From: Cyanobium gracile PCC 6307
GTDB taxonomy: Bacteria; Cyanobacteriota; Cyanobacteriia; PCC-6307; Cyanobiaceae
DNA: 32,000 nucleotides
Direction: 5' to 3'
NCBI RefSeq assembly: GCF_000316515.1
Contig: NC_019675.1
Span: forward strand, 1,171,964 to 1,203,963
The notes beneath the pieces are model-generated. The model had not been told where the DNA came from, searched no databases, and saw only the letters and a program-made list of their open reading frames with translations. The position numbers and the translations under genes were made by a program. Below are positions 21,573 through 30,432 of the stretch, piece after piece. Position 1 is the first letter of the stretch; each line of letters opens with the position of its first letter.

Positions 21573-22502
21573 ATGATCATTGCCTGCACGATTGATAATA
21601 ACTACATCCGGCACTGCGCCGTGATGCTGAAATCCCTGCAGCTCTCCAATCCAACCGAAAGCCTCAGCGTCTATATACTCCACGGCGTCATCGATGCCGC
21701 AGAACGAGCTCGGCTGGCGGCCTACCTCGGTGAATTTCTGCCTTCGGTCTCCTTCCTGCAGCTGGATGAGCAGATGCTCGCGGGTTTTCCCGTCTTTGGT
21801 CATATCAGCCTGGCCACCTATTTCCGGCTGCTGCTGCCGGCGGCCCTTCCCCATGCGGTGGAGAAGGTCCTCTACCTGGATTCCGATCTGATCGTCGTCG
21901 ACTCCCTGCGGGACCTCTGGGAGTCGCCACTGGAGGGAAACAGCATCGGTGCGGTGGAGGAACACAACCAGGACTTCGACCGCAACCGCCTCGGCCTGGC
22001 AGAAGGCTCCCTGGTCTTCAATGCCGGGGCGATGCTGATCGATCTGGGCCGCTGGCGCCGGGAGAGCATCCTGGCCAACGGGCTGGAATTCGCCCGCACC
22101 CATCCCGAGCGGATCAAGCACTGGGACCAAGACGTGCTCAATTCCCTGCTCGAGGCCCGCTGGCGGCCGCTCGACTGGCGCTGGAACGCCCTGCCCCACC
22201 TCTGGATGCATCCGGAGTACACCTGCGCCGACACCCCCTTGGGCCGGCAGGCGGAGCTGGCCCGGGCGAGCCCCGCCGTGATCCACTTCGCGGGCTCGGG
22301 GGTGGCCAAGCCCTGGCACCATCGCTGCACCCACCCCTGGCGGCAGCGGTACCTGGAGATCCGCCAGCAGACTCCCTGGGCACACCTGCCCCTGGAGGGC
22401 ACCCCCGACACCTCCCTGGGTGAACGGCTCGGACGACTGCGCTTCCGGGTCAAACGGGCCGGCAAGGAGATGCTCGGCCGGCTGGCCCCCCGGAACCGAT
22501 GA
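21573..22502 (+). CDS. Glycosyltransferase family 8 protein
   Basis: MIIACTIDNNYIRHCAVMLKSLQLSNPTESLSVYILHG...SLATYFRLLLPAALPHAVEKVLYLDSDLIVVDSLRDLW...DFDRNRLGLAEGSLVFNAGAMLIDLGRWR, with a DSD metal-binding motif. Confidence 0.92.
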   Translation: MIIACTIDNNYIRHCAVMLKSLQLSNPTESLSVYILHGVIDAAERARLAAYLGEFLPSVSFLQLDEQMLAGFPVFGHISLATYFRLLLPAALPHAVEKVLYLDSDLIVVDSLRDLWESPLEGNSIGAVEEHNQDFDRNRLGLAEGSLVFNAGAMLIDLGRWRRESILANGLEFARTHPERIKHWDQDVLNSLLEARWRPLDWRWNALPHLWMHPEYTCADTPLGRQAELARASPAVIHFAGSGVAKPWHHRCTHPWRQRYLEIRQQTPWAHLPLEGTPDTSLGERLGRLRFRVKRAGKEMLGRLAPRNR

Positions 22503-24049
22503 CCATCCAGATCGGCGACCACCGGCTCACCTGCATCGGCTACACCGACAGCACCGAGGCGGATCTGCTGGGACGCTTCCTGCGCCAGGGGAGCCGCGCC
22601 CTTGCCGAGACGCAGGGGGAGTACACGCTGGTGATCGAGACCGACGCCGGGGACGTGACCGTGGTCACCTCGCCGGTGGGGGCCACCCATTACTACGTGC
22701 TGGAACACGACGGCCGCCTCTTCCACGGCGACCGGGTGGCCGAGATCCTGCGCCGCAGCGGCCTGACCTGGCGCTGGAACTGGCAGGCCCTCGGCGATCT
22801 CTGCCAGCTGGAGAACCTGACCGACAACCAGACCCTCCACCCGGCGATCCGGCGGGTGCCCCCCGGCAGCGTTCTCCACTTCACCGATGGCAGGGTCTGC
22901 CTCCACTCCGTCGCGGTCCTCGATGGGATCCCATCGGCCCCCGCCGACCCCGACGCCGCCGTCGATGCTCTCAACGACGCGGTCCTGCGGCTGGCGGGGG
23001 ACAACCCCTATCTGTCCCTGTCGGGCGGGTTCGATTCGCGGGTGATTCTGGCGTCGATGCTGGGCCAGGGTCTGCGGCCCCATCTGATCACGATGGGGCG
23101 GGAGGAGGCGACCGACGTCCAGGTGGCCCGCCGCATGGCCAGCCGCTTCGATCTGCCCCACCAGCTGATCAACCTGGACCTGGAGGAGTTCTTCGCCCAC
23201 GGACCCTGCATCTCCAGCCTCACCAACGGCACCAAAACCGCCTGGCACTGGCACACCTTTCTCTATCCGCTGAAGGCCAAGATTCCCGCCGATGCCACGT
23301 TCTTCGTCGGCACCCTGGGGGAATTCGCCCGCACTTACTACTTCGACCGGGGCTGGCTCGGCCGGATCGCTTCTCTGGCTCCCGAAGCCGCCTTGAGCCA
23401 GTTCTGGCGCCTGAAAGTGGAGCGTCATCTCAGCTTCTCAGCCGAGGAACTGCAGCATCTGGCCCCGCCGCTGGCCGCCCAGTTGATGCCGGAGGGTCGC
23501 AGCCAACGCGCCGCCAGGCTTGCCGGCTTCTGTCGGGGAGGCTTCCTCGAAGGTCTCACCCGGTACTACTTCGAGCAGCGGGTGCCCAATTTCTACGCCA
23601 ATGGGATCTGCATGTACCGGGCCTCCAGCGCCTGGCGATCCCCCTTCCACGACCGCCGCTGGATCGAAGCGATCTGGAATCTCCCCGATGGTTGGAAGCT
23701 GGGCTCCAACTGGCACCGCCATGCCATTGCCCGCAACTGCCCGGAGCTGCTCAGCTTTCCCGAGGAGAACGGCTTCGACAAGAGCCGGATGCTGGCCAAG
23801 GCCCCTCCCCTCTACTGGACGCCGCCCATGCGGAGGGCCCGGTACATCAGCTACGACCTCAGCGCCGACTGGTACCGCGACCCCAGGATGCACGCCTTCC
23901 TGCGGGAGCACGGCGGACTGATCGACGACCTGGTGGATCCCGACCTGCTCCGCCGGATTCTGGATGCCCATCGCAACGGCACCGACAGGACCCGAACCCT
24001 GGCTTTCCTGCTGACCCTGATCTTCTGGAAGCAGGTGATCACCCCATGA
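22499..24049 (+). CDS. Asparagine-synthetase-like protein with degenerate N-terminal amidotransferase domain
   Basis: PP-loop YLSLSGGFDSRVILASMLGQGLRPHLITMG, VQVARRMASRFDLPHQLINLD, C-terminal FPEENGFDKSRMLAKAPPLYW; the N-terminus MTIQIGDHRLTCIGYTDS lacks the Cys2 (MCG) nucleophile of class II glutamine amidotransferases. Confidence 0.8.
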   Translation: MTIQIGDHRLTCIGYTDSTEADLLGRFLRQGSRALAETQGEYTLVIETDAGDVTVVTSPVGATHYYVLEHDGRLFHGDRVAEILRRSGLTWRWNWQALGDLCQLENLTDNQTLHPAIRRVPPGSVLHFTDGRVCLHSVAVLDGIPSAPADPDAAVDALNDAVLRLAGDNPYLSLSGGFDSRVILASMLGQGLRPHLITMGREEATDVQVARRMASRFDLPHQLINLDLEEFFAHGPCISSLTNGTKTAWHWHTFLYPLKAKIPADATFFVGTLGEFARTYYFDRGWLGRIASLAPEAALSQFWRLKVERHLSFSAEELQHLAPPLAAQLMPEGRSQRAARLAGFCRGGFLEGLTRYYFEQRVPNFYANGICMYRASSAWRSPFHDRRWIEAIWNLPDGWKLGSNWHRHAIARNCPELLSFPEENGFDKSRMLAKAPPLYWTPPMRRARYISYDLSADWYRDPRMHAFLREHGGLIDDLVDPDLLRRILDAHRNGTDRTRTLAFLLTLIFWKQVITP

Positions 24050-25263
24050 AGGTGGTGTTCGTTTCACACATGGCCACCCGCAGCGGTGCCCCCCTGCTGC
24101 TGCTGTGGCTGTTGCGCTGGCTGATGGAACACGGGCAAGACATCGAGCCGGCCGTGGTGCTGCTCAGCGATGGGCCCCTGCGGCCGGAGTTCGAAGCCCT
24201 CGCCCCCACGGTCGCCTGGAGCCAACCCCTCTTCCAACCCCTGCGTGAGCGGCTTGCCACCAGGCTGGGTAGGGGCACCCCCACCAGTCCAGCCGGCCTC
24301 CTTGAGGCTGCGATAAGGCGCCACAAGCCCGACTTGATCTACCTGAACACCTTGGTGCTGGGCAAGCACCTCAAGGGCCTCAGCACCGACCCGACCCTGC
24401 CAGCCTGTCTGAGCCACGTGCATGAGCTCGAAACAACGCTCGCCACGATGAGCACCCCGGAGGCTGTGGCCCGCCAGCTGGCCCTCTCCAGCGAAGTGGT
24501 GGCCTGCGCCGAAAGGGTGAAGCAATCCCTTCAGGCCCATCACGGCCTCCCGCTCAGCCGCTGCACGGTGATTCCGGAGTTCGTTCCATTTTCTGCACAA
24601 GACCTTGTTCCGACGACCGAGCCCGTCCCACCCCTGAAGGGGAACGCGGCGGATCCGCTCATGAGGCGCCTTGAGGTCGCCGTTGAGAACGGCACTTTCG
24701 TCTTCGGGTTCGCCGGCCAGGCGATCGCCCGAAAGGGGTTCGATCTCTTCCCGCAGCTGGTACGGGAATGCGAACGGGTCTTCGCCGGAACGCCCTTCCT
24801 TGCTGTCTGGCTCGGCGCCGCAGCGGCCCAGGAGCAGGTGATCGTGGCCCGACGAGATCTATGCCTGATGCAATTGGAACACCGTGCCCTGCTCCTCCCG
24901 CCCATGCCCACCGGCATCAGTGTCATCCGGCGCTACGCGGTCCATGGGTTGCTTTCACGGGAGGATCCCTACCCCGTGGTCGCCCTGGAGGCGGCCGTCA
25001 CGGCCGTGCCCACCGTGTGCTTCCGCAGCAGTGGGGGGATCGCGGACTTCGTGGCCGATGGCTGCGGCGTGGCGGTGGACTATCTGGATCTTCGGGCCTT
25101 CGCTACTGCCCTGCATCGGCTCAGCGCGGACCCGGAGAGCCGTCGGCGTCTGGGCGAGCGCAGCCGGGCCAAGGTGTTCCGGGAGTCCAGCATCGACGTC
25201 GTGGCACCCCAACTGCTGGCATCCATGGAGCGGGCCATGGCGGCCGGAGCCCGCCGTGGTTGA
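24046..25263 (+). CDS. Glycosyltransferase, GT4-like (group 1)
   Basis: MKVVFVSHMATRSGAPLLLLWLLRWLMEHGQDIEPAVVLLSDGPL...FVFGFAGQAIARKGFDLFPQLVREC...EDPYPVVALEAAVTAVPTVCFRSSGGIADFV. The track ORF starting at 22420 is an over-extension. Confidence 0.88.
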   Translation: MKVVFVSHMATRSGAPLLLLWLLRWLMEHGQDIEPAVVLLSDGPLRPEFEALAPTVAWSQPLFQPLRERLATRLGRGTPTSPAGLLEAAIRRHKPDLIYLNTLVLGKHLKGLSTDPTLPACLSHVHELETTLATMSTPEAVARQLALSSEVVACAERVKQSLQAHHGLPLSRCTVIPEFVPFSAQDLVPTTEPVPPLKGNAADPLMRRLEVAVENGTFVFGFAGQAIARKGFDLFPQLVRECERVFAGTPFLAVWLGAAAAQEQVIVARRDLCLMQLEHRALLLPPMPTGISVIRRYAVHGLLSREDPYPVVALEAAVTAVPTVCFRSSGGIADFVADGCGVAVDYLDLRAFATALHRLSADPESRRRLGERSRAKVFRESSIDVVAPQLLASMERAMAAGARRG

Positions 25264-26167
25264 GGCGCCCCTGCCCAGCTCCCGCCGCCTCTATGGCTGG
25301 CCCGAGAGCCCCGGCCTCACCGTGCCAGAGCGGTTCAACACCGATCCGGATCGACCGCTCTTCTCGATCGTCATCCCCACCCTCAACCAGGGGCCCTACA
25401 TCGAGGACACCCTGCTCTCGATCCTCTGGCAGGGCTACGACAACGTCGAGATCATCGTGGTGGACGGCGGCAGCACCGACGACACCCCGGCGGTGCTGGA
25501 GCGCTACCGCCCCTGGATCTCGGTGCTGATCAGCGAGCCCGACCGGGGCCAGTCGGACGCCATCAACAAGGGATTCCGCCGGGCCAGCGGATCGATCCTG
25601 GCCTGGCTCAACTCCGACGACCTCTATCTCCCCGGTGCCTTCCGCACCGTGCTGGAGGCCTTCGCCGCCCAGCCTGGCGGCCGCTGGGTGATCGGCAGCG
25701 GCGACATCATCAGCGCCGACCAGCAGTTCCTGCGCCACGTCCCCGCCCGGGCGGGATCGGAGCAGACTCTGCTGGCGATCGAGAACGACTGCTTCCTGCT
25801 CCAGCAGAGTTGCTTCTGGAGCGCCTCCCTCTGGCAGGAGGCCGGCGGGCAGGTGGACGAGTCCCTCAGCCTACTGATGGACTACGACCTCTGGTGGCGA
25901 TTTTCCCGGCGCTGCACCGGCATCGTCACCCAGGAGAAACTGGGTGCCATGCGCTACTACGCCACCGTGAAGACCCGCCGCCAGGGGGAACGGTTTCCGG
26001 CCGAACTGGCCACCATCTACGCCCGCTACGGGGCCAGCGCATCGCTCGATCGGCTGGTGCAGCAGCTGCTGGCGGAGACATCCGCCCTCGGCGAGCGGCT
26101 CTCGGCCCTGGAGCGCCAGCTGCCGGTGCGGCTGCTGCGTCGCCTGCGGCTGCTCCCCCGACCATGA
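25256..26167 (+). CDS. Glycosyltransferase, GT2-like
   Basis: LFSIVIPTLNQGPYIEDTLLSILWQGYDNVEIIVVDGGSTDDTPAVLERY...ISEPDRGQSDAINKGFRRASGSILAWLNSDD. GTG start at 25256 overlapping the previous gene; the track start 24884 is rejected. Confidence 0.93.
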   Translation: MVEAPLPSSRRLYGWPESPGLTVPERFNTDPDRPLFSIVIPTLNQGPYIEDTLLSILWQGYDNVEIIVVDGGSTDDTPAVLERYRPWISVLISEPDRGQSDAINKGFRRASGSILAWLNSDDLYLPGAFRTVLEAFAAQPGGRWVIGSGDIISADQQFLRHVPARAGSEQTLLAIENDCFLLQQSCFWSASLWQEAGGQVDESLSLLMDYDLWWRFSRRCTGIVTQEKLGAMRYYATVKTRRQGERFPAELATIYARYGASASLDRLVQQLLAETSALGERLSALERQLPVRLLRRLRLLPRP

Positions 26168-27048
26168 CGACACCCGAACTCTTCGTCGGCATCACCAGCT
26201 GGAACAGCGAGCTGTTTCTGCCCCACTGCCTGGAGGCCCTCCAAGCCACCACCGCGGACCTCCACACCCGCGTCTGCGTGCTGGACAACGGCTCCACCGA
26301 CCGCTCGGTGGCCATCGCCCGGCAGCGGGGGGCCGAGGTGGTGCAGCGCCGCTGCAGCCAGCCGGAGGCGCTCAATGCCCTGCTGAACCGATCGCGCTCC
26401 CCCTACACCCTGCTGCTGCATGCGGACGTGATCCTGCTGGCACCGGACTGGTTCGAGCTGTGCCGCTCCCGGCTGGGGGAGGGGGTGGCCCTGGTGTCAC
26501 CCCAGGACATCGGCTGCGGACCGCTCACTCGCCCCTTCGGCGCCGGCATGCCGGAGAGCTCCTTCCTGCTGATGCACACCCGGCGGTTCCTCCGCTGCCG
26601 GCGCCTCCACTGGCGGCGCAAGGGGCGCCTGCCGCGGCCCCGCTACGAGATCGACTTCCACGGCCCCCACATCACCCACCACCTGCCGCGGGAGCTCCAG
26701 CGGCAGAAGCTCGGCTGGGTGCCCATGGATGTCTACGTGTCCAACCGGGCCAGCGAACCGCTGTTCACGCCGGCCTCGCCACCGGCGGTCTGGAGCGACG
26801 AGCTGGCCTACCTGCGCTACGGCCTCGGCAACTTCTACGGCCTCGACGGCACCATCACCCACTACCACAACTGGTACGACCGGATCGCCGCCCGGGAGAA
26901 GAGTGAATCGGCACCGAACCCCGCGCGCAAGGATTTCCCGGTGGACTTCATCCGCTCCTACACAAACCGGCTGCTGGAGGACTACGGCGCCGGCCGGCTG
27001 GAGCTGCCCACCGACCTCAGCACCACCCGCACCCCCAGGGCGCTCTAG
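26164..27048 (+). CDS. Glycosyltransferase, GT2-like
   Basis: MTTPELFVGITSWNSELFLPHCLEALQATTADLHTRVCVLDNGSTDRSVAIARQRGAEVVQRRCSQPEALNALLNRSRSPYTLLLHADVILLAPDW. ATG in an ATGA overlap. Confidence 0.88.
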   Translation: MTTPELFVGITSWNSELFLPHCLEALQATTADLHTRVCVLDNGSTDRSVAIARQRGAEVVQRRCSQPEALNALLNRSRSPYTLLLHADVILLAPDWFELCRSRLGEGVALVSPQDIGCGPLTRPFGAGMPESSFLLMHTRRFLRCRRLHWRRKGRLPRPRYEIDFHGPHITHHLPRELQRQKLGWVPMDVYVSNRASEPLFTPASPPAVWSDELAYLRYGLGNFYGLDGTITHYHNWYDRIAAREKSESAPNPARKDFPVDFIRSYTNRLLEDYGAGRLELPTDLSTTRTPRAL

Positions 27049-27063
27049 CCCACCGCTTCCTTC

Positions 27064-28185
27064 ATGACCGGTCCCTCGTCGCCACGGCCGATCGCCGCCC
27101 ATTTCCTGCTGGTGCCGGAGCTGCTGCACTCGCCCCCCAACGAGGCGATCATCTCCGCCCTTCTGGAGAACGGCTACGACGTCCACGTCTTCGCCCCCGG
27201 TCCCTGCGGCAGCACCGCCCCCTACGGCGAACGGGTCAGCACCCACCTTGTGGCCTATTCGATGCGCTGGCTGCTGGCCCAGGCCTGGCGCCCCCGCTGG
27301 CGGCGGTACGCCTGCTTCTCGGGCACCACCGAGGATCCGATCGCCGTGGTGGGGGTGCTGGCCCGCCTGCACCGCCGTCCCTCCTTCATCCTGGGGGACG
27401 AGATCCGCGCCGGCAGCTACCGGGGTCCGCGCTCGGAGCGCTGGAAACGGCTCTGTCTGCAGGCCTACCGGCGGGCGCGCTTCACCATCGTCAACGACAC
27501 CCACCGGGTGGATCTGGTGCGCGACTACGCCGGCCTGCCGCCGGCCCAGCCGGTGCTGGTCTTCCCGGGCTGCTTCCGCCATCCGCCGGAGCGGGATCCA
27601 CTGCTGCGCCGGGAGCTCCGCCAGCGCTGGGGACTGGCGCCGGACGCCCTCACCCTGGCCATCTCCGGGGGCTTCAACCTCACCGCCGGCGCCGACTGGC
27701 TGCTCGACGCCCTGCACGAGGATCCGGCCCTCTGCGCCGTGATCCAGCCCCTGGGGGTCGATCCCCTGGCCCTCTACCTGCTGCGGCGCCTGAGCCTGGG
27801 GGGCCGGCTCCACATCGAGACCGGGCGGCTGTCCTGGCAGGAGGCCTGGCGATCGGCCGTGGGCTACGACATCGGCCTGGCGGTGTACACCAATCCAGCG
27901 CCCCAGTTCCAGGCCATGGGGGTCAGCTCCAACCGCCTGTGCATGTACCTGGCCATGGGGGTGCCGGTGATCTGCAGCCGCCAGCCCAGCTTCCAGTTCG
28001 TCGAGGACTTCGGCTGCGGCGTGATGGTCGACGATGGCGCCGGCTTCCTGGCGGCGGCCCATCAGCTCGGCGCCGACCTGGAAGCCCGCCGGGAAGACTG
28101 TGCCCGCTGCTTCCACGACCACATCCGCCCCCGGGAGCGCTACCGCGCCCTGGTGGAGGCGATCGGCGCCCTGGGGCGTCCCTGA
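27064..28185 (+). CDS. Probable glycosyltransferase, GT4/GT-B-like
   Basis: AAHFLLVPELLHSPPNEAIISALLENGYDVHVFAPG...VLVFPGCFRHPP...GLAVYTNPAPQFQAMGVSSNRLCMYLAMGVPVICSRQPSFQFVEDFGCGVMVDD resembles the donor-binding C-terminal half of GT-B enzymes. Confidence 0.75.
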   Translation: MTGPSSPRPIAAHFLLVPELLHSPPNEAIISALLENGYDVHVFAPGPCGSTAPYGERVSTHLVAYSMRWLLAQAWRPRWRRYACFSGTTEDPIAVVGVLARLHRRPSFILGDEIRAGSYRGPRSERWKRLCLQAYRRARFTIVNDTHRVDLVRDYAGLPPAQPVLVFPGCFRHPPERDPLLRRELRQRWGLAPDALTLAISGGFNLTAGADWLLDALHEDPALCAVIQPLGVDPLALYLLRRLSLGGRLHIETGRLSWQEAWRSAVGYDIGLAVYTNPAPQFQAMGVSSNRLCMYLAMGVPVICSRQPSFQFVEDFGCGVMVDDGAGFLAAAHQLGADLEARREDCARCFHDHIRPRERYRALVEAIGALGRP

Positions 28186-28207
28186 GGGAGCACCCACCAC
28201 CGCCACC

Positions 28208-29092
28208 ATGAACCGCTCCTCCCTCAACCTGCGCCTCTACCTCGCCGCCCGGGCCGTTGTGCACAGCAGCCGCCGCCGCATCCCGCGGGCGCTGCTGCCG
28301 CCGCGGCGGCCCCTGGGCGATCGCTTCACGATCGCGATCACCACCTTCGAGGCCCGCTACGAGAGCTACTTCCGTTCCCTCTACCGCTCCCTGCGACGCA
28401 CGTTCCCCGAGGTGCCGATCCTGGTGGCCGTCAACGGCCACGGCGATCCGGCCAGCCAGAGCCGCTACCTGGAGCGGCTGTGCGCCGAGCTGGCCAGCGG
28501 CGAGCCGCCCCACTGCCGCTTCCTGCTGCATGAGCGGGTGGTGGGCCTCTGCCAGATGTGGAACGAACTGCTCCAGGCCAGCCCGACGGCCACCACCCTG
28601 GTGCTCAACGACGATCTGCGCATCGACCCCTACCTGCGGCGCTGGGCCGAAGCGATGGCCTGGGAATCGGTGGATCTCAGCCTGCTCAACAACACCTGGT
28701 CCCATTTCGCCATCGGCCGACACTGCTGGGAGCGGATCGGTGCCTTCGACCAGAGCTTCAGCGGCATCGGCTTCGAGGACATGGACTACACCGCCCGGGC
28801 CTCCCTTGCGGGCGTGGGGATCGAGGGCGTGGCGTGTCCCTACCTGCACCATGCCAATGACGAGCCCGCCACCACCTCCTTCGACGGCCAGTCGGAGCGG
28901 GTGTGGGGAAAGTACACCTCCGCCAACCAGGTGGTGTTCGTCCGCAAGTGGGAACGCTGCCCGGAACACGAAGGGACCTACATCCGCCAGCTCGGCCACC
29001 ACGTGCGGCCCGTCGCCCCCCTGCCGCACCTCCCCGTGCCGCCCCCGATCCCCGCCGAACCCGGGATCGTCTACCTGGATCGGACGCCATGA
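28208..29092 (+). CDS. Glycosyltransferase, GT2-like
   Basis: RFTIAITTFEARYESYFRSLYRSLRRTFPEVPILVAVNGHGD...TLVLNDDLRIDPYLRRW...HCWERIGAFDQSFSGIGFEDMDYTARASLAG. Confidence 0.83.
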   Translation: MNRSSLNLRLYLAARAVVHSSRRRIPRALLPPRRPLGDRFTIAITTFEARYESYFRSLYRSLRRTFPEVPILVAVNGHGDPASQSRYLERLCAELASGEPPHCRFLLHERVVGLCQMWNELLQASPTATTLVLNDDLRIDPYLRRWAEAMAWESVDLSLLNNTWSHFAIGRHCWERIGAFDQSFSGIGFEDMDYTARASLAGVGIEGVACPYLHHANDEPATTSFDGQSERVWGKYTSANQVVFVRKWERCPEHEGTYIRQLGHHVRPVAPLPHLPVPPPIPAEPGIVYLDRTP

Positions 29093-30432
29093 GGGTGCTG
29101 GTGCTCGCCCCTTCCGCCTACCTGCTCGGCGGCGTCCAGGACTGGCTGGCGAACCTGGTGCCGGGCCTGCGGGACGGTGGGCTGGAGGTGACCGTGGCGG
29201 TCCCCGACGGGGACCACCACCGTCATGGCCCCTACGCCCGGGCCTACCCGGCCCTGGCGGTCGAGGCGATCGCCAACCCCAGCGGCAGCGCCGAAGGCCG
29301 GATCCGCGCCATCGCCGCCCTGCTGGAGCGGCTGGACCCGGATCTCGTGCTTGGCGTCAACCTGGTCGATCTGTTCCCGGCGGCCCGGCGGGCCAGGTGC
29401 CGGGAGCGGTTCCATGGACGGGTGGTGATGACGCTGCATGCGCTGCAGGCGGAGTACTTCGACGATCTGCGCCTGCACGGCGCCGGCATCGACGCGGTGA
29501 TCGCCACCAATCGCCTGGCCTGCCGGCTGGCGAGCGGGCGGGGCGGGATGGATCCGGCCCGGGTGCTCTACGCCCCTTACGGCGTGCCGGTGCCGCCCTG
29601 GCAACTCCCTGGCGGCGATGCAGCCGCCACCCTGAAGCTGGCCTGGGTGGGCCGGCTGGAGCAGGAGCAGAAACGGGTGCACGATCTGCCGCCGCTGCTG
29701 GAGGCGCTGCAGGCCCGGGGCATCGAGGTCCGGCTCAGCATCGCCGGCGACGGCGAGGAGCGTCCGGCCCTGGAGCGGTCCCTGACCCCCTGGATCGAAC
29801 GGGGCAGCGTGCGGATGCTCGGCCATGTCGACCAGGGCCGGCTGGCGGCGGAGGTCTACGGCCATCACCATGCCCTGGTGATCACCTCCTCCTGGGAGAC
29901 GGGCCCGATCGTGGCCTGGCAAGCCATGGCCAGCGGCATGGCGGTGGTGAGCAGCCGCTATGTGGGAGCGGGCCTGGAGGGGGCCCTGGAGCAGGACGCC
30001 ACGGCCCTGCTGTTCCCCTGCGGAGACACGGACGCCGCCGCCGGCGAACTGGCGCGGCTGCGGGATCCGGCCCTGCTGGAGCGGCTCTCCAGGGCCGGTC
30101 ACGCCCTGGTGGCCCGTCGCTACAGCGGGGCGGCCGCCCTGGCCGCCTGGCGGCGGGCCCTTGATCAGGTGACGGCCCTGCCCCCCTTGCCGCAGGTCCA
30201 GGAGGAGCCGGCGCCGGCCCCGGCCGGACGGCTGGACCGCTGGCTGGGCCGCCAGCGGGGTGAGGACCTGCGCCGGCTGCTGGGGCTGCGCTTCCGCCAC
30301 GGCAGCGCCGGCAGCGAGTGGCCCCATTCCGGCGGCGATGGGGCTGTCGATGTTGCAGGCACCGGGGCCCAGGCCGAGGACCTGCTGGCGGCGGCGGCCC
30401 GCCTCGACGCTCCCGGTGCGTCCCATGGCTGA
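29089..30432 (+). CDS. Glycosyltransferase, GT4 family
   Basis: MRVLVLAPSAYLLGGVQDWLANLVPGLRDGGLEVTVAVPDG...VLYAPYGVPVPPW...LKLAWVGRLEQEQKRVHDLPPLLEAL...LSIAGDGEERPALE...ITSSWETGPIVAWQAMASGMAVVSSRYVG. Confidence 0.93.
   Translation: MRVLVLAPSAYLLGGVQDWLANLVPGLRDGGLEVTVAVPDGDHHRHGPYARAYPALAVEAIANPSGSAEGRIRAIAALLERLDPDLVLGVNLVDLFPAARRARCRERFHGRVVMTLHALQAEYFDDLRLHGAGIDAVIATNRLACRLASGRGGMDPARVLYAPYGVPVPPWQLPGGDAAATLKLAWVGRLEQEQKRVHDLPPLLEALQARGIEVRLSIAGDGEERPALERSLTPWIERGSVRMLGHVDQGRLAAEVYGHHHALVITSSWETGPIVAWQAMASGMAVVSSRYVGAGLEGALEQDATALLFPCGDTDAAAGELARLRDPALLERLSRAGHALVARRYSGAAALAAWRRALDQVTALPPLPQVQEEPAPAPAGRLDRWLGRQRGEDLRRLLGLRFRHGSAGSEWPHSGGDGAVDVAGTGAQAEDLLAAAARLDAPGASHG

Noticed and set aside
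22420-24045. 5' portion of the 947-aa ORF 22420-25263 as a fused protein
   Set aside because: Pro/Arg-rich out-of-frame translation over the AsnB-like gene; the real glycosyltransferase starts at ATG 24046.
19604-24049. Lasso peptide-like cluster (ABC exporter + Asn-synthetase homolog)
   Set aside because: No precursor peptide, no transglutaminase-like protease or RRE gene is visible, and the surrounding genes are glycosyltransferases, so a glycan role is favoured.
26497-28227. 576-aa minus-strand ORF
   Set aside because: Antisense of two plus-strand glycosyltransferases, with no recognisable motifs.
28257-30164. 635-aa plus-strand ORF in an alternate frame
   Set aside because: Arg/Pro/Ala/Ser-rich; the other frames encode clear glycosyltransferases at 28208-29092 and 29089-30432.
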